A stretch of DNA of 63,442 nt from assembly GCA_963617165.1 (NCBI GenBank), contig CAVEOF010000006.1, forward strand, positions 1 through 63,442. The letters are read 5' to 3'. This document shows positions 62,401-63,442 of this stretch, one piece after another. The notes under the pieces are model-generated. The model did not search any database and was not told the DNA's origin. It saw only the letters and a program-made list of their open reading frames with translations. The stretch comes from Coriobacteriaceae bacterium. Its GTDB lineage: Bacteria > Bacillota > Clostridia > Oscillospirales > CAG-272. Position 1 is the first letter of the stretch. The number at the start of each line of letters is the position of its first letter. Position numbers and translations under genes: made by a program.

Positions 62401-63333
62401 GATTTTTACAATGCCTTTGTCGGTATCGAGATAATCGGCAATTTTCTTTGTCGCGTCGTTTGTGCAAACGCTGTACAAACTCTTGGTTGTGGTTGTAACC
62501 GCGCTCTCGCCCGAATCGATTTGCACGGTAGGCTTATAGATGGTTGCGGACTTCAAAACGACGTTTGCTCCGCTTTCGATAAGCAGGCTCGAAGATGCGC
62601 TCGGTATATAGCTATCGCCGTCGGAACGTATCGAACTTTTAAGGTCTGCTCCGTCTATCGTGGTCGTTCCCGATTTTGCCCAAACCGCATATCCGTAATG
62701 TCCGCGCGGTTGGTCTGCGTAACCGAAACCACCGACGCCGATAATCGTACCGCCGTTTAAGTTCACCGTTCCGCCGTTGTTGATAACGCCCGACGTAGCG
62801 GCAGGAATACCGATAATGCTTTGAATGGTTATACTGCTTCCTTCCTCTATGGTGAATTTTGTGCCGGAACCGACGTAGACGGCGGCGGTGTCGGACTTTG
62901 AGCCTGTGGAAAAGGTCAATGTTCCGCCGTACCCTTTAAGCGTCAGGTCATTATTAAGCAAGTTAGAAAGAGAAAACACACCTTGGGCTGCTGTTGAGTT
63001 CGTGTATACTTTGATGTCTCCGCGTATGTTCAGCACTTTTTTTCCTTTCATCGGCAACAAAGCGCCGGCTTGGGGATCATTGACAACGTCGGTTAGATTA
63101 TACCCTGACGGCACGAAAATATAAGTTACCGAATCGTCAAGCAACGCCGATTGTAATTCGGCAAAGGTGGTGACAATCAACGGATCGTCGTCGCTTGTTC
63201 CGGTTCCCATTGCCGCATAAGCTGGGGTAACAAAAGTCCCGCTTGCAAAGATAATGCCGAGCATAAGCGCAAGGCACATTGCAACTCCGAGCATAACCGT
63301 CAAAAATTTAGATTTGTAAGTTTTGTTTGTCAT
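59458..63333 (-). CDS. Large tail-anchored surface protein (1291 aa)
   Basis: Signal peptide (AYA/A), then a beta-helix-like Gly/Thr/Ser-rich region, four ~115-aa tandem domains and Cys/His modules. These are followed by one Listeria-Bacteroides repeat, a Pro/Asp/Thr stalk, and a C-terminal TM helix with a Lys-rich tail. No LPXTG. Confidence 0.85.
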   Translation of the reverse strand: MTNKTYKSKFLTVMLGVAMCLALMLGIIFASGTFVTPAYAAMGTGTSDDDPLIVTTFAELQSALLDDSVTYIFVPSGYNLTDVVNDPQAGALLPMKGKKVLNIRGDIKVYTNSTAAQGVFSLSNLLNNDLTLKGYGGTLTFSTGSKSDTAAVYVGSGTKFTIEEGSSITIQSIIGIPAATSGVINNGGTVNLNGGTIIGVGGFGYADQPRGHYGYAVWAKSGTTTIDGADLKSSIRSDGDSYIPSASSSLLIESGANVVLKSATIYKPTVQIDSGESAVTTTTKSLYSVCTNDATKKIADYLDTDKGIVKIGWLPVDYNQSYIEDDIYVVTRHDIESVEATVTLPYVNRTPSTTATFASDNVTLASLKWYKGSVADGNLMTTSEKFVKGQTYIAVVAVAPKSAGYKFKAGNTARTLTINGNAATRLNADTDEEACEFYCSFEVSNNPIYTVSATVTVPKVGESRDKTATVPAVYQQQYEQIGDAIWCKSADLDLNAIMTDEDVFEVGKYYTVLVALKAKDEYEFTPGTEKLFYINNQSAKRGNSDKETDTCVIYYTFLVTDNISAVSVTVDKPVDGYAPSNTATVDVADTDKYEVVKVFGWYKGAGLGVTLMTESAKFVAGEQYTVALKVGAKDGYIFAEANEASRTYKINGTTAANDTVATEVKSKLIYCTFTATTPTNIESVSLTVDPPVAGNAPLETATVDAADTDKYRVFGVGWFKGGRDGSVMNIETDKFVAGEQYTVMVLVKANYGYIFAEANETGRTYKINGTTATNETASTNTELRAIYCTFTAAEHAHTYGTLIPKKEATCTEKGWYAHYHCEECGKYFDESMSETTKDALEISIDDTAHDWNAWVSNGNDTHSRTCKRNAEHKETVNCSGGTATCTEKAVCDVCRTTYGTTKEHTTTQYGGKDGSGHWDTCSTCANKLNFEAHTPDRDKADEAHDKKCTKCGYVIAPAGHYEHTADSEWHNSADGTYHYHKCTYSGCSEILDKAAHSGGKATCEHKAVCEVCGKEYGNVLGHNYGAPTYTWENNVCKAERVCANDGTHKESETVTASGAIVTAATCTEKGKMRYTATFANSAFATQTREVEIDYVAHTFGEWKEEVAPTADTEGVKAHKDCTVCGKHFDKDGNEISNIVIAKIGSAIVTVNGGSGEGSYKIGDEVTVKANDAPEGKEFKGWQDASGNIVSTDVEYKFTVSGEVNLTAVYADKAVDPVDPVEPVDPTDPTDPTEPTIDKEEPKGLSGGAIAGIAVGSTAVAGLGGFSLFWFVIKKKKFSDLIAAIKGIFKKK
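60960..62340 (-). repeat. Four in-frame ~350-bp tandem coding repeats inside the 1291-aa gene
   Basis: The domains start IESVEATVTLP / IYTVSATVTVP / ISAVSVTVDKP / IESVSLTVDPP. Copies 3 and 4 share an identical 30-nt DNA run (ctgtggttccgtttattttatacgttctgc). Confidence 0.85.
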
Positions 63334-63442
63334 GATATTATCTCCTTAGGTTTTGTGGGGATATATTTTTAGTCGCTTTTATATTTGCGACCTAAAACCG
63401 TTGTTTGTGTGGGATTTTTTGTCATTCAGAGGAGCGTAGCGA

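Overview
This 63.4-kb window is a high-G+C chromosomal segment. Gene content suggests a strictly anaerobic Clostridia-type Firmicute: a sensory [FeFe] hydrogenase cluster, a Re-citrate-synthase-type TCA branch, a CotF-like protein, and Feo with a Cys-rich peptide. About 52 credible CDSs are called; the many long antisense ORFs in the track are GC-rich shadow frames.

Main blocks, left to right:
- 1-97: the 5' end of a group II (class C-like) intron, docked on the sdaA terminator.
- sdaA, a lipoprotein, DUF3793-flavodoxin, an HMA protein and a MacB-type ABC pair.
- A self-contained feoA-feoA-feoB-Cys-peptide-dtxR locus with three copies of a 7-4-7 palindrome.
- An hfs-like H2-sensing cluster (two 2Fe-2S proteins, a PAS-containing HydS, a PP2C phosphatase, a catalytic [FeFe] hydrogenase). 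Beside it sit an APH-fold kinase, adhE and a divergent Rex paralog.
- A T-box leader in front of an Lrp-type regulator plus aminotransferase.
- Housekeeping genes: ppa, MATE, manA, prmC, ddl, murI, rbfA, DHH, galU, rimI, tsaD, a second rex, dnaD/dnaC-like.
- A citrate synthase-GntR-aconitase-isocitrate dehydrogenase operon with a perfect 18-bp palindromic operator.
- From about 56.15 kb to the right edge: a clearly lower-G+C island. It encodes a C-terminally truncated WYL regulator and two large secreted proteins built from Cys/His-rich modules.

The most unusual sequence-level signal is a dispersed composite repeat. AT-rich heptanucleotide arrays, (GAATTMW)n, touch or overlap stop codons and lie between stop codon and intrinsic terminator. 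They are joined to degenerate ~40-nt GC-rich GCTTGCG-core repeats that fill many intergenic regions. I recognise neither element as a described family.

Nothing was computed. All homology statements come from reading the translated ORFs and from memory.
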